A stretch of DNA of 64,000 bases from Actinomycetales bacterium (GCA_045807245.1 JBJMHS010000027.1:62001-126000); one strand, 5' to 3'; positions 1 through 10,290 are shown, counted from the stretch's first letter. Notes: generated by a model not told the origin, from the sequence alone. Numbers and translations: made by a program.

Positions 1-1
1 G

Positions 2-91
2 CCGCTCGAGGAGCTCCAGCACCGGCTCACGTTCGCCAACGAGCGCCGGCTCGCGCGGGACGTCTCCCAGCTGCTGTCGGACAAGGAGTGA
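2..91 (+). CDS. NUDIX hydrolase, C-terminal fragment (partial, Rv3908/MutT4-like)
   Basis: Frame 2 reads PLEELQHRLTFANERRLARDVSQLLSDKE*. Its TGA overlaps the GTG of the next gene. This is the syntenic position of the NUDIX gene upstream of DUF6049-murJ. Confidence 0.55.
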   Translation, partial: PLEELQHRLTFANERRLARDVSQLLSDKE

Positions 92-2385
92 GCCGAGCCC
101 GACGACGGCTCGCCGCCCTGTGCGCGGCGGGCCTGGCTCTCATCTGCCTGGGCTCCTCCGTGGCGTACGCCGACCCGAGCGGCACCGCGACCGGCACGAG
201 CGGCGGCCCGACCGCGTCACCGACCGCGACCAACGGCCCGCCGAAGTCCAGCAGCTCCAGCCGGTCGTCGAGCCAGTCGCAGCGCAGCTCCATCAGCCAG
301 ACCGGCGACGACCCGGACATGCCGGCGAGCATCACCGTGAAGACGCTCAGCCCGGCCGTCGTGACCCCGACGAGCACGCTCACCATCAAGGGCACCGTCA
401 CGAACGACGGTGACAGCGCGATCCAGAACGGCGTCATCCGGCTTCTGGTCCACCACGCGCCACTGGCCACTCGGGACCAGGTCGGTCAGTGGGCGAACGG
501 CGACATCAGCGACGTCGGCGGACGCATCCTGGACGCGTCCATGGACCTGAGCGTCACGCTGCGCCCGGGGGCGGGCATCGCGTTCACGCTCAAGGCGCCG
601 GCCGACCGCCTGGGGCTGTTCATGGACTTCGCCAGCATCGGGATCACCTTGGAGGTGCTGGGCGACGACGGCACCGCCCTCGGCACGCACCGGGTCGGGC
701 TGCTGCGCAGCTTCATCACCTGGCAGCAGAATCCCTCGTACTCGCCGCTCAAGCTGACCTGGCTCATGCCGCTGAGCGGCGGGCCGACCTCGGCCATCGG
801 CGGACCGCCCGACGCGGCGACGCTCGCCGCGGCACTCGCTCCTGGCGGGCGGTTCCAGGACCTGCTGGCAGCGATCAGCGCGGCGCCGCGAGGAGCCGGG
901 CTCTCGGTGGCGGTGGACCCTGCCTTCGTCAACGACCTGCGAGTGCGCGCGGCCCAGCCCAGCCGTACGGCGGGCAGCTCGCCGTCCGCCAACGGCACTC
1001 CGAGCGGCAGCGCGAGTCCCAGCGGCTCGCCCATCTCCACGCCGACGACGACGTCCGCGCAGCAGACGATCGCGTCGTACCTGGCCGCCCTCAAGGTCGC
1101 GCTGGCCGGGCACCGCGTCGTCCGGCTGCCGTACGGCGACCCCGACCTCATGGGCGTGGCCGACGCCAAGGGCACGGCGCTGCTCAGTGCGGCGACGTTC
1201 GCGGCCACCACGGCTAGCCCCGCTGCGCCGGCGCTCGCGGACGAGCTGGGCGTCCGGGTCATCGACGACGTGGCCTGGCCGGCCGGTGGTCTGGCCGACA
1301 CCGCGACCGTCAACGCGGCGCCCGCGGTCGGCGCCACGACGCTGGTCCTCAGTGCGAGCTCCCGGCCGCCGACGCTCGAGCAGTCGACGACACCGACCGG
1401 GGTCACCCCGGTGAACGCGACCACGAACGCGGTGCTGTACGACGATCTGCTCTCGGCGTTCCTGGCCGGCACCAACAACGCCACCACGATGGTGCTGAAC
1501 ACCCAGCGGTTCCTGGCCGAGACGCTGGCCACGGTGTACGAGAACCCGACCCGCCAGCGCACCCTGCTGGTCACGGCACCCCGGTCGTTCAACCCCAATC
1601 CCCTTGCGGTGCAACGGTTGTTCGCGGCACTGGCCCAGGCACAGTGGATCGCACCCGCGAGCCTGACCGGGCTACGCCGGTCCCAGGGGCAAGCCACGGT
1701 GAGCGTCCGCGACGTCGTACCGGTGCCGGCCAACGCCAGACGCCTGCAGGTGACGACCGCTCAGGTCGACGCCGTCCGGGACGCCCGCTCCGAGGCGGCT
1801 CAGCTCGGCGACGTCATCACGGGCGAGGACCCGTTCACGCGCACCCGGGTCGACGCGCTCCGGCTGGTCTCGGCGTACTGGCGCGGCCGGGGCGGCACGG
1901 CAGCCGTGCAGGTCAAGGGCCTGCGCAGCTACCTGGCCGCGCAGGGCGCGAGGGTGCACATCCTGCCGCTCAGCAACCTCAACTTCCTGGCCAGCGACGG
2001 CAACCTGACCCTCTCCGTCGCGAACGACCTCGGCCAGGACGTGCGAGGGGTCCGGGTCGTGGTCCAGCCGGGCAACGGCCGGCTCATCGTCGTGAAGCAG
2101 GCGGCCCCCATCGCGGTGGAGGCCGACCGGCGTACGACGATCAAGGTGCACGTCCGTGCGGTTGCGGGCGGCATTGTCCCGGTGACCGCCCGCATCCTCA
2201 CGCCGGACGGGCTGCAGATGGGCAAGGCCGTCACGGTCCGGGTCCACGTGCGGCCCACAGACACGTGGGCGTTCTGGGTGCTCGGCGTCGCCGCGGCACT
2301 GATCTTCCTGATCGGCCTGGTCCGCACGATCCGGCGCGGCCGAGCCCGTCCGCGTCTCATGGCGCCCGAGGTGGAGGAGCCGTGA
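88..2385 (+). CDS. DUF6049 family secreted/membrane-anchored protein (Rv3909-like)
   Basis: Signal peptide, LPYGDPD and WPAGG motifs, C-terminal TM + basic tail; lies directly upstream of murJ. Confidence 0.8.
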   Translation: MSRARRRLAALCAAGLALICLGSSVAYADPSGTATGTSGGPTASPTATNGPPKSSSSSRSSSQSQRSSISQTGDDPDMPASITVKTLSPAVVTPTSTLTIKGTVTNDGDSAIQNGVIRLLVHHAPLATRDQVGQWANGDISDVGGRILDASMDLSVTLRPGAGIAFTLKAPADRLGLFMDFASIGITLEVLGDDGTALGTHRVGLLRSFITWQQNPSYSPLKLTWLMPLSGGPTSAIGGPPDAATLAAALAPGGRFQDLLAAISAAPRGAGLSVAVDPAFVNDLRVRAAQPSRTAGSSPSANGTPSGSASPSGSPISTPTTTSAQQTIASYLAALKVALAGHRVVRLPYGDPDLMGVADAKGTALLSAATFAATTASPAAPALADELGVRVIDDVAWPAGGLADTATVNAAPAVGATTLVLSASSRPPTLEQSTTPTGVTPVNATTNAVLYDDLLSAFLAGTNNATTMVLNTQRFLAETLATVYENPTRQRTLLVTAPRSFNPNPLAVQRLFAALAQAQWIAPASLTGLRRSQGQATVSVRDVVPVPANARRLQVTTAQVDAVRDARSEAAQLGDVITGEDPFTRTRVDALRLVSAYWRGRGGTAAVQVKGLRSYLAAQGARVHILPLSNLNFLASDGNLTLSVANDLGQDVRGVRVVVQPGNGRLIVVKQAAPIAVEADRRTTIKVHVRAVAGGIVPVTARILTPDGLQMGKAVTVRVHVRPTDTWAFWVLGVAAALIFLIGLVRTIRRGRARPRLMAPEVEEP

Positions 2386-4007
2386 GCGAGGACGCGCAGG
2401 AGTCCCTGGTCCGCACCAGCGCGGTGATGGCGACCGGCACCCTGGCGTCGCGAGTCCTCGGCGTCGTCCGGGCGTCGATGCTCACTGCGCTGCTCGGTGT
2501 CAGCGGGGCCCTCGGGTACGACGCATTCTCGACCGCGAACACCGTCCCCACCACGATCTACAACCTGGTGGCCGGCGGCCTGCTCAACGCCGTACTCGTG
2601 CCGCAGATCGTGCGCGCCGCCAAGCATGAGGACGGCGGGGAGGACTACCTCAACCGGCTGCTCACTCTCGCACTGGCCGGGATGCTCGCCGTGACCGCCC
2701 TCGTCGTCGCTCTGTCTCCTTTGGTACCAGTCGTATTCGCGTCATCGCGGTGGGACGACAGCACCGTCCGGCTGTGCGTCGCCTTCGCGTTCTGGTGCAT
2801 GCCGCAGGTGTTCTTCTACGGCGCGTACACGATGCTCGGACAGGTCCTCAACGCCCGCGGCAACTTCGGGCCCTACATGTGGGCGCCGGTCCTCAACAAC
2901 GTCGTCGCCATCGCCGGCATCGGCGTCCTCCTGGTCAGCATCGGCGGCGCCGGCCATCACCCGCGCCCGCCCTCGGAGTGGACCGCGGGCCAGATCGCGA
3001 TGCTCGGCGGCACCGCCACCCTGGGCGTCGCCGTCCAGGCCGCGATCCTGGTCTGGCCGTTGCGCGAGCTCGGCATCCGGTACCGACCGCGGTTCGGCTG
3101 GCGCGGGGTCGGCCTGCGCACCGCCGGACGCGTGGCCGGCTGGACCTTCCTCGCCGCGCTGGTCGGCCAGCTCGGCTTCATCGTCATCTCGCGGGTCGTG
3201 ACGTCGGCGGTCGTGCAGGGCGGCGCCGGCCGCGGCGCGTACGACAACGCGTTCCTGCTGTTCATGCTCCCCCATTCGCTCATCACGGTGTCGCTCGTGA
3301 CCGCGCTGTTCACGCGGATGAGCCGGGCGGCGGCGGCCGGCGACCGGGACCACGTACGGCGGGACGTCTCGCTCGGCCTGCGCCTCACCGGGGTCGCCAC
3401 CGTCCTGGCGACCGGGGTCGTGTTCGTCCTCGGCCTGGACATCTCGTCGACGCTGTTCGCGGGCAACGCGGCCCGCGACACCGACGCCATCGCCTACACG
3501 ACCATGGGGATGATCATCGGCGTCGTCCCGTTCAGCGCCCAGTACCTGTTCCAGCGCGCGTTCTACGCCTACGAGGACGCGCGCACGCCGTTCCTCATCC
3601 AGATCCCGGTCGTCCTGACCTCCTCGGCCGGCGCGATCGTGGCGCTGGAGACCCTCCGCCCGCGCTGGATCGTCGTCGGCGTCGGCGTCGGCATGTCGGT
3701 CGGCTACACCATCGGCGCGCTGCTGTCGTTCCTGGTCCTGCGCCGGAGGATCGGCGGCGTGGAGGGCCGTTCCATCCTGCGCACCTACGCCCGGCTGGTG
3801 CTGGCCTGCCTGCTGGCCGCCGTGCCGGCGCTGCTGGTCACGCGCGGGCTGCACCACGCACTCGGCGACTCCAAACCAGTCGGCCTGCTCTCGCTGGCCG
3901 TGGGCGGCCTGGTCATGCTGGGGGCCTACCTGCTGGCCTGCCGCCGGATGCGGGTCACCGAGGTCGACGAGCTCACCGGGCCGATCCTTCGTCGGTTCGG
4001 GCGGTAG
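2382..4007 (+). CDS. murJ: Lipid II flippase MurJ (MviN)
   Basis: GTG at 2382 overlaps the upstream TGA. Motifs GTLASRVLG, ANTVPTTIYNLVAGGLLNAVLVPQIVRA, PQVFFYG, LFMLPHS, AFYAYEDARTPF. Confidence 0.93.
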   Translation: MSEDAQESLVRTSAVMATGTLASRVLGVVRASMLTALLGVSGALGYDAFSTANTVPTTIYNLVAGGLLNAVLVPQIVRAAKHEDGGEDYLNRLLTLALAGMLAVTALVVALSPLVPVVFASSRWDDSTVRLCVAFAFWCMPQVFFYGAYTMLGQVLNARGNFGPYMWAPVLNNVVAIAGIGVLLVSIGGAGHHPRPPSEWTAGQIAMLGGTATLGVAVQAAILVWPLRELGIRYRPRFGWRGVGLRTAGRVAGWTFLAALVGQLGFIVISRVVTSAVVQGGAGRGAYDNAFLLFMLPHSLITVSLVTALFTRMSRAAAAGDRDHVRRDVSLGLRLTGVATVLATGVVFVLGLDISSTLFAGNAARDTDAIAYTTMGMIIGVVPFSAQYLFQRAFYAYEDARTPFLIQIPVVLTSSAGAIVALETLRPRWIVVGVGVGMSVGYTIGALLSFLVLRRRIGGVEGRSILRTYARLVLACLLAAVPALLVTRGLHHALGDSKPVGLLSLAVGGLVMLGAYLLACRRMRVTEVDELTGPILRRFGR

Positions 4008-4056
4008 GAGCCCCAGTCACCTCAAGTCGGCTCCACGGCGTACCGAAGTGCGGAAC

Positions 4057-4449
4057 ATGGTGCGAACTGACCGTGGCGACATCGTGCTGGGCTGGCTGAC
4101 CCGGCTCGCCGTCGCACTGGCGGTCGTCGCTGTGCTCGGCTTCGACGCCGTACAGGTCGGGCTGGCCAACGTCCAGCTCCAGGACCAGGCCAACGACGCC
4201 GCCGCCGCCGCGCGTGACGCGTACGCGGGCCACCACGACATCGCCGCCGCCGTGACCGCCGCCCAGAGCTCGGCCCGCGGGGAGAACGTCGACGACGTCC
4301 TCGTGCCCAGCAGCCTGGTCGTGGCCCACGACGGCAGCATCACCCTCAAGCTGACCCGGCCGATCCACACGGTCGTGGCGCACTACCTCCCGGTCGACGG
4401 CTTCAAGACGGTCACCTCGGCCGGTTCCGCAACCGTCACTGTGGGATGA
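4057..4449 (+). CDS. Small membrane protein, TadE/pseudopilin-like
   Basis: DRG followed by a hydrophobic helix and QDQANDAAAAA, a Tad-like pattern. ATG at 4057 (alternative GTG 4048). Stop overlaps the next start (ATGA). Confidence 0.55.
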   Translation: MVRTDRGDIVLGWLTRLAVALAVVAVLGFDAVQVGLANVQLQDQANDAAAAARDAYAGHHDIAAAVTAAQSSARGENVDDVLVPSSLVVAHDGSITLKLTRPIHTVVAHYLPVDGFKTVTSAGSATVTVG

Positions 4450-5540
4450 CGCGTACGGCGAGGGCCACAGGTCTGGCCCTGACGCTGGCGCTGGTCTCGA
4501 CCCTGCTGGTCGGCCAGTCGGCCCAGGCCAGCCCCACCTTGGACAAGGCGAAGGCGCAGGCCGAGGTGCTGCGGCACCGGCTGTCCGCCCTGCAGTTGCG
4601 GCAGTCCATCGCGATCGAGCGATACGACGGCATCCAGGACCAGCTCCAGCAGGCCGTGAGCAGCGAGCTGACGACCGGCGACCAGGCCAGCAACGTGGCC
4701 GCTCAGGCTCAGCTCGCCCGCAACGCCGTCGCCGACCGGGCCCGCGCGCTGTACATGAGCGGTGGCCAGCTCAGCCTCCTCGCGAGCGTGCTGCGCGGCG
4801 CGACGCCGGGCGACGTGCTCGAGCGGGCCCAGACCGTCCAGGCGGTCCTGAGCTCGGACCATCTCGCCGCGGCCACGGACCAGGCCGCTGCACTCCAGGC
4901 CCGGCAGACCGCACAGGACAGCGCGGACCGCCGGGTCGCGGTCGCCGCCCTCCAGACGCAAGCGACGGCCAGCCTGGCCGAGGTCCAGCAGCTGCTGACC
5001 GAGCAGCGCGTGCTCCTGGCCGACGCCGACGGCCGGGTCCGGCGCATCGCCCGCGACGAGCAGCGCGCCGCCGAGGCCGCCGCCCTGGCCGCGGCCGCCA
5101 GCTCCGCCGGTGCGGCCGGCGTACCCGTCGGGTCCGGTGGACCGCTGCCCGCCACCATCACCGGGCCCAACCCGGTCGCCACGGCGGCGGTCGCGTTCGC
5201 CCGGTCCAAGCTCGGCACGCCCTACCTGTGGGGCGCGACCGGGCCCACCCGGTTCGACTGCTCGGGCCTGACCATGTGGTCCTACGGCCAGGCCGGGCTC
5301 TCCATCCCCCGCACATCCCGCGCGCAGTACGCCGGGCTGACCCACGTCCCGGTCTCCGAGCTGCAACCCGGCGACCTGGTGTTCTACGCGACCAACACCG
5401 CCGACCCGAACACGATCCACCACGTGGCCATGTACCTCGGCGACGGCTTCGTGATCCACGCCCCGCACACCGGGGACGTCGTCCGCTACGCCCCCGTGGC
5501 CATGTCGGGCCTGATCGGCGCCGTCCGGCCGAGCCTCTGA
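4446..5540 (+). CDS. Secreted NlpC/P60 (C40) peptidoglycan endopeptidase with N-terminal coiled coil
   Basis: Signal peptide, coiled coil, GTPYLWGA..FDCSGL..PGDLVFY..HHVAMYLG..IHAP. Confidence 0.92.
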   Translation: MTRTARATGLALTLALVSTLLVGQSAQASPTLDKAKAQAEVLRHRLSALQLRQSIAIERYDGIQDQLQQAVSSELTTGDQASNVAAQAQLARNAVADRARALYMSGGQLSLLASVLRGATPGDVLERAQTVQAVLSSDHLAAATDQAAALQARQTAQDSADRRVAVAALQTQATASLAEVQQLLTEQRVLLADADGRVRRIARDEQRAAEAAALAAAASSAGAAGVPVGSGGPLPATITGPNPVATAAVAFARSKLGTPYLWGATGPTRFDCSGLTMWSYGQAGLSIPRTSRAQYAGLTHVPVSELQPGDLVFYATNTADPNTIHHVAMYLGDGFVIHAPHTGDVVRYAPVAMSGLIGAVRPSL

Positions 5541-5607
5541 CGCCACCTAGCATGGATGCCTCTGACACGGGTTGTCCGAGCATCGTCAGCGGGGAGGTGG
5601 GTCGGTC

Positions 5608-7515
5608 GTGGACAGCGTTGGCCCGGGCAGCGTGCTCGCCGGTCGCTACCACGCCCAGAAGCGCCTGCGCGTGCGCCCGCTGTCCTCCGTATGGCAAGGA
5701 CTGGACGAGACCCTCGATCGCCCGGTCAGCCTGACCGTCGTCCAGGCCGGGCACCCGCGCAGTGCCGACGTCGTGGACGCCGCCCGCCGAGCGGCCGGGG
5801 TCGAGGACCCGAGGCTGCAGCGAGTCTTCGACGTGGGCGTCGAGGACGGGCTGACGTACGTGGTCTACGAGTGGATCAGCGCGGACACGCTGACCGACCT
5901 GTTGCGCGGGGGGCTGCCGGCGCCCGAGGAGGTACGGCGGCTGGTCGGCGAGGCGGCCACGGCGCTGGAGGCGGCCCGCGGGCGCGGCCTGCACCACCTG
6001 GCCCTCACCCCGGACAGCCTGCTGCGCGGGCACGACGGTCCGGTGACCGTCAGCGGCCTGGCTGTGGACGCCGTGCTGTCCGGCACCGAGGTGGATGACC
6101 CGGACGAGGCGAGCCGCCGGGACGCGCAGGCACTGGTTGCCCTGCTGTACGCCGGGCTGACCGGCCGCTGGCCGCTCCAGCCGGTGCACGGGCTCGAGCC
6201 GGCACCCCGGCTGGGGAGTGGGATCCCCGCGCCGGCCGAGCTGACGGCCGGAGTGCCGGCCGACCTGAACGCGCTCTGCCTGGACACGCTGCGCGCCGGC
6301 ACCGGGCCGGCCGACCCGGGCCGGCTGGCCACCCAGCTCGCGCCCTGGCCCTCGCACCCGGTGGCCAGCCCGAACCGCACGGCCGGGTCCTTCCCCATCT
6401 CGCTGATGTCGGACACCGGCACCCAGACCGCCGTCCTGCCGGCGGTCGGTGAGGTGCGGTCGGTCCAGGCGGCCGTCAACGCACCGCGGCCGCCCGCGCC
6501 ACCGGCACCGCCGGCACATCCACCGGCCACCCATGTGCCAGCGCCGGTGCCGGGTGGCTCGTCCGGTGGTTTCGCGCCGCCCATGCTCCCGGCGCCGGCG
6601 GATGCCTCGGCGCGGCCCTCCGGGACCTGGCCGCCCATCCCTGCCGTGAAGCCGGCAGCCGTCCCGACCCCAGCCCCCGCGCCGACCCCGGCACCCGTAC
6701 CGACCCCAGCCCCCGCGCCGACCCCGGCACCCGTGCCGACCCCAGCCCCAGCGGCAGCAGTGCGCCCGGAGGCAGCGCCGGTGTCCCCGACCCCCCCGGC
6801 CGGACCGCCGAGCCGGCTGTTCGCGGAGCCACCGGACGCCGAGCCGCCCGCGCCCCTGCTGCCGGCCGCGCCGATGAGCCGGCCGCCGGCCGCGCAGACC
6901 CGGGCCGTGCTGCTGGTGATGGTCGGCTTCGTGCTGGTCCTGTGCCTGCTCGCCTACTTGGGGCTGCGCTCCCTGGGCAGCGGTGGGGGCGGCACACCGA
7001 CCGGCCGGAGCACACCCATCGTCTCCTCGTCGAGCTCGGCGAGCGCCAGCGCCTCGCGCTCGGCCACTGCGCCGGCGACCGGCGCCCTCCTGCGGATCAG
7101 CAAGGCGAGTGGCTTCGACCCGCAGGGTGACGGCTCGGAGAAGGACAACCTGGCCAAGCTGGCCTACGACTCGAAGACCTCGACCGGCTGGACCTCGGAC
7201 ACCTACAAGAGCCCGGCCTGGGGCGGTCTGAAGAAGGGGCTCGGCCTGCTGGTCGACCTGGGCGGCGACAAGACGGTGCACTCGGCCACGCTGAGGATCG
7301 GCGGCCAGGGCGCCGCGATCTCAGTCTACGCGCTGACCAGCAAGGACAGCCTGACCGGGTCCACGGTGCTGGCTCGCAGGTCCGGGGCCGAGGGCACCTT
7401 CACCCTCAGCTTCGCCAAGCCCGCCACGACGCAGTACGTCGCCGTCTGGTTCTCCACCCCGGGCCGGTTCAACGACGGTTACCGGGCCGAGGTCGACGAC
7501 GTCAGGCTGCGATGA
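5608..7515 (+). CDS. Membrane-anchored Ser/Thr pseudokinase (homolog of the MviN C-terminal module)
   Basis: RBS GGGGAGG at 5591 and GTG at 5608. LAGRY..DETLDRPV kinase-like fold lacking VAIK/HRD/DFG, LLYAGLTGRWP, Pro-rich linker, TM, extracellular beta-sandwich (GLKKGLGLLVDLG). Confidence 0.8.
   Translation: MDSVGPGSVLAGRYHAQKRLRVRPLSSVWQGLDETLDRPVSLTVVQAGHPRSADVVDAARRAAGVEDPRLQRVFDVGVEDGLTYVVYEWISADTLTDLLRGGLPAPEEVRRLVGEAATALEAARGRGLHHLALTPDSLLRGHDGPVTVSGLAVDAVLSGTEVDDPDEASRRDAQALVALLYAGLTGRWPLQPVHGLEPAPRLGSGIPAPAELTAGVPADLNALCLDTLRAGTGPADPGRLATQLAPWPSHPVASPNRTAGSFPISLMSDTGTQTAVLPAVGEVRSVQAAVNAPRPPAPPAPPAHPPATHVPAPVPGGSSGGFAPPMLPAPADASARPSGTWPPIPAVKPAAVPTPAPAPTPAPVPTPAPAPTPAPVPTPAPAAAVRPEAAPVSPTPPAGPPSRLFAEPPDAEPPAPLLPAAPMSRPPAAQTRAVLLVMVGFVLVLCLLAYLGLRSLGSGGGGTPTGRSTPIVSSSSSASASASRSATAPATGALLRISKASGFDPQGDGSEKDNLAKLAYDSKTSTGWTSDTYKSPAWGGLKKGLGLLVDLGGDKTVHSATLRIGGQGAAISVYALTSKDSLTGSTVLARRSGAEGTFTLSFAKPATTQYVAVWFSTPGRFNDGYRAEVDDVRLR
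6661..6750 (+). repeat. Intragenic ~36-bp tandem repeat encoding (VPTPAPAPTPAP)n
   Basis: About 2.5 copies visible in both DNA and protein. Confidence 0.7.
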
Positions 7516-7573
7516 CCGAGCCGATACCGCCCCGGGGGTTGAGACCGACGGGCCCGCGGCCGATGACAGGCAG

Positions 7574-8284
7574 GTGAGCTTGCCGACCGACGTGCCGACG
7601 CAACGACCCGGCGAGGTGCCGGGCGATCGGCCGGACCGCGGGCCGGACGCGGCGCTGCTGGCCGCCCACGTGGCCGGTGACCCGGACGCGTTCGCCGAGC
7701 TGGTCCGGCGGCACCGGGACCGGCTCTGGGCCGTGGCCCTGCGCACCATCGGCGACCGCGAGGAGGCCTCGGATGCGGTCCAGGAGGCGCTGCTCTCGGC
7801 GTACCGCCGCGCGGGCACGTTCCGGGGCGACTCCGCCGTCACCACCTGGCTGCACCGGATCGTCGTGAATGCCTGCCTCGACCGGATCCGCCGGCGCAGC
7901 AGCCGGCCCACATCCCCTATCGGCGAGCTCGACCCGCCCTCGCGCCGCGACGACTCCGCATCCGCCGAGCTGCGGATCGACGTCGACCGCGCGCTGGCCC
8001 GGATCCCCGAGGGACAGCGGCTGGCCCTCGTCCTGGTCGACATGCAGGGTCTCCCCGTGGCCGAGGCGGCCCAGATCCTGGGCGTGCCCGAAGGCACGGT
8101 GAAGTCCCGTTGTGCCCGGGGCCGCGCGGCGCTGGCGCCGCTGCTGCGCGGAACCGACCCGCCGCCCGGGAACCGCGCGGCAGCCGCCGGCGTCCCACCG
8201 GCAACCGAGGCGAACCCTGTCGCCCCCACGGACGCTACGACCGGACCCACGACCTCTGCCGAAGGAGGTGAGCTCGTTGACTGA
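7574..8284 (+). CDS. sigM: ECF sigma factor SigM
   Basis: GDPDAFAELVRRHRDRLWAVALR, FRGDSAVTTWLHRIVVNACLD, GTVKSRCARGR; conserved position before trxB. Confidence 0.9.
   Translation: MSLPTDVPTQRPGEVPGDRPDRGPDAALLAAHVAGDPDAFAELVRRHRDRLWAVALRTIGDREEASDAVQEALLSAYRRAGTFRGDSAVTTWLHRIVVNACLDRIRRRSSRPTSPIGELDPPSRRDDSASAELRIDVDRALARIPEGQRLALVLVDMQGLPVAEAAQILGVPEGTVKSRCARGRAALAPLLRGTDPPPGNRAAAAGVPPATEANPVAPTDATTGPTTSAEGGELVD
8169..8194 (+). promoter_or_regulatory. Putative SigM-type promoter inside the 3' end of sigM
   Basis: GGAAC-N17-CGTC, about 80 nt upstream of the anti-sigma start. Confidence 0.55.
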
Positions 8285-9146
8285 CCACCGCGGTCCCCAT
8301 CACCCCGGCGAGGGCGGGCACCTGTCACCGGAACAGCTGGACGAGCTCACCCTGGCCACTGACCCTGTCCAGGGCCTCTCGACGGGTGCGTCCGCCATCG
8401 GCCCGGAGCAGCACCTGGCCGGCTGCCCTGACTGCCAGACTGCGCTCGCCGACCAGCTCGCGGTCCGGCGGATGCTCCAGCGGGTGCCCGACCCGGGTCC
8501 CATGCCGGCCGACGTCATCGCGCGGCTGGACAGCGCGCTGGCGAACGCCGGGACCAGGAACGTCGCGGCCCCCGCCACGGTCGTGCCGCTGCGCTCGCCG
8601 GAGCGGCGATCGGGCGTGCTGGGTCGGCTGGCCGAGTCGCGGCTGACCAAGTCGCTCGTCGCGGCCGCTGCGGTCGGCCTGATCGGCATCGGCGGCTACA
8701 GCGCCATCAACCGCCAGACCGGTACGGCGGGTGGCTCGTCGGCGAGCCGCGCCAACGACTCCTCGGCCGGTGGCGGCAGCGTCCCGAAGGCCGTCCAGCA
8801 GCTGTCCGGCGTACACCCGCTGGCGAGCGGGTCGGCGTACACCCAGGCGAACATCGCCGGCCTGCTGGCCAAGCGTCTCGCCGCCAAGCCCGCCTCCGGC
8901 ATCAGCGACTTCGCGGAGCAGAGCAGCGGCGGACCGCTCGCGACGACCGCGGGCCTGCAGTCGTGCCTGCAGGCCCTGGGCGAGCCGTCCACGGTGCCGG
9001 AACTGGTCGACCTGGCGAGCTTCGCCGGCAAGCCGGCGGCAGTCCTCGTGCTGCCGACGCCCAGCGGTGGCCGGGTGGTCTGGGTGGTATCGCGAACCTG
9101 CTCCCCGGGCCACGAAGGCTTGCTCTACTACGCGGCGCTCCGGTAG
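8277..9146 (+). CDS. Anti-sigma factor (RsmA-like) with zinc-binding ZAS motif
   Basis: RBS AAGGAGG at 8262 and TTG at 8277. HLAGCPDC (HxxxCxxC), PMPADVIARLDSAL, TM, extracellular Cys pair. Confidence 0.8.
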   Translation: MTDHRGPHHPGEGGHLSPEQLDELTLATDPVQGLSTGASAIGPEQHLAGCPDCQTALADQLAVRRMLQRVPDPGPMPADVIARLDSALANAGTRNVAAPATVVPLRSPERRSGVLGRLAESRLTKSLVAAAAVGLIGIGGYSAINRQTGTAGGSSASRANDSSAGGGSVPKAVQQLSGVHPLASGSAYTQANIAGLLAKRLAAKPASGISDFAEQSSGGPLATTAGLQSCLQALGEPSTVPELVDLASFAGKPAAVLVLPTPSGGRVVWVVSRTCSPGHEGLLYYAALR

Positions 9147-9153
9147 GGCCGGG

Positions 9154-9179
9154 GGAACAGCCCGGCCTTAGGATCGGTT
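9154..9179 (+). promoter_or_regulatory. SigR/SigH-type thiol-stress promoter of trxBA
   Basis: GGAAC-N18-GTT upstream of trxB, close to the known SigR/SigH consensus GGAAY-N18-GTT. Confidence 0.65.
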
Positions 9180-9255
9180 CATGTAGGCGACTGATCCGCC
9201 GGGTCCCCCGGCACCGGTCAGCGAGCCAGCCACCGGCACGAAGGCAGAGGTTTCC

Positions 9256-10290
9256 GTGAGTCCCGACGTCCGCTCCGACGTGCGCCAGGTCATCATCATC
9301 GGCTCCGGTCCCGCCGGGTACACCGCCGCGGTCTACGCGGCCCGGGCCAACCTCCAGCCCTTGGTCTTCGAGGGTTCCGTCACGTTCGGCGGGGCCTTGA
9401 TGAACACCACCGACGTGGAGAACTACCCCGGTTTCCGCGACGGGATCATGGGCCCGGACCTGATGGAGGCCATGCGGGCCCAGGCCGAGCGGTTCGGCGC
9501 CGAGCTGGTCACCGACGACATCGTCGAGGCGCGCCTGGGCGGCGAGATCAAGGAGGTCGTGACCGGCAACGGTGAGACCCACCGGGCCCGCGCCGTCATC
9601 CTGGCCATGGGGTCGGCGTACCGCGAGCTGGGCCTGCCGGACGAGAAGCGACTGTCCGGTCACGGCGTCTCGTGGTGTGCGACCTGCGACGGCTTCTTCT
9701 TCCGCGGCCAGGACATCGTGGTCGTGGGCGGTGGCGACTCGGCCATCGAGGAGGCCACCTTCCTCACCAAGTTCGCCGCCTCGGTGACGATCGTGCACCG
9801 GCGGGACGCGCTGCGGGCCTCGAAGATCATGCAGGACCGGGCCTTCGCCAACGACAAGATCCGATTCGCCTGGAACAGCCAGGTCACCCAGATCCATGGC
9901 CAGGACAAGGTGACTGGCGTCACGCTGCGCGACACCGAGACCGGCGTCGAGCGCGAGCTGCCGGTCACCGGCCTCTTCGTGGCGATCGGCCACGACCCGC
10001 GGGTCGAGCTGGTCAAGGGCCAGGTCGACCTCGACGCGGCCGGTTACATCGAGGTCGAGGGCCGTACGACGCGCACGAACCTCCCGGGCGTGTTCGCGGC
10101 CGGCGACGTGGTCGACCATGAGTACATGCAGGCCGTCACCGCCGCCGGCTCCGGCTGCGCGGCGGCCCTGGACGCGGAGCGCTACCTGGCCGCGCTGCAG
10201 GACGCGACTGTCAGCGGCGGCCAGCAGGATGCAGCTCGGCAGGCCGCGCGCGAGGAGCCCCTCGCCGCCGAGGCACTGGCCAGAGCCTGA
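9256..10290 (+). CDS. trxB: Thioredoxin-disulfide reductase
   Basis: [33 protein letters not shown]. Confidence 0.97.
   Translation: MSPDVRSDVRQVIIIGSGPAGYTAAVYAARANLQPLVFEGSVTFGGALMNTTDVENYPGFRDGIMGPDLMEAMRAQAERFGAELVTDDIVEARLGGEIKEVVTGNGETHRARAVILAMGSAYRELGLPDEKRLSGHGVSWCATCDGFFFRGQDIVVVGGGDSAIEEATFLTKFAASVTIVHRRDALRASKIMQDRAFANDKIRFAWNSQVTQIHGQDKVTGVTLRDTETGVERELPVTGLFVAIGHDPRVELVKGQVDLDAAGYIEVEGRTTRTNLPGVFAAGDVVDHEYMQAVTAAGSGCAAALDAERYLAALQDATVSGGQQDAARQAAREEPLAAEALARA

Noticed and set aside
1644..2381. N-terminal extensions in the ORF track for murJ (also parB, gyrB, ppiA, crgA, pbpA, rodA, fhaB, TetR 42323)
   Set aside because: They overlap neighbouring genes or a tRNA. Conserved N-termini and RBS or stop-start overlaps point to the shorter starts reported.
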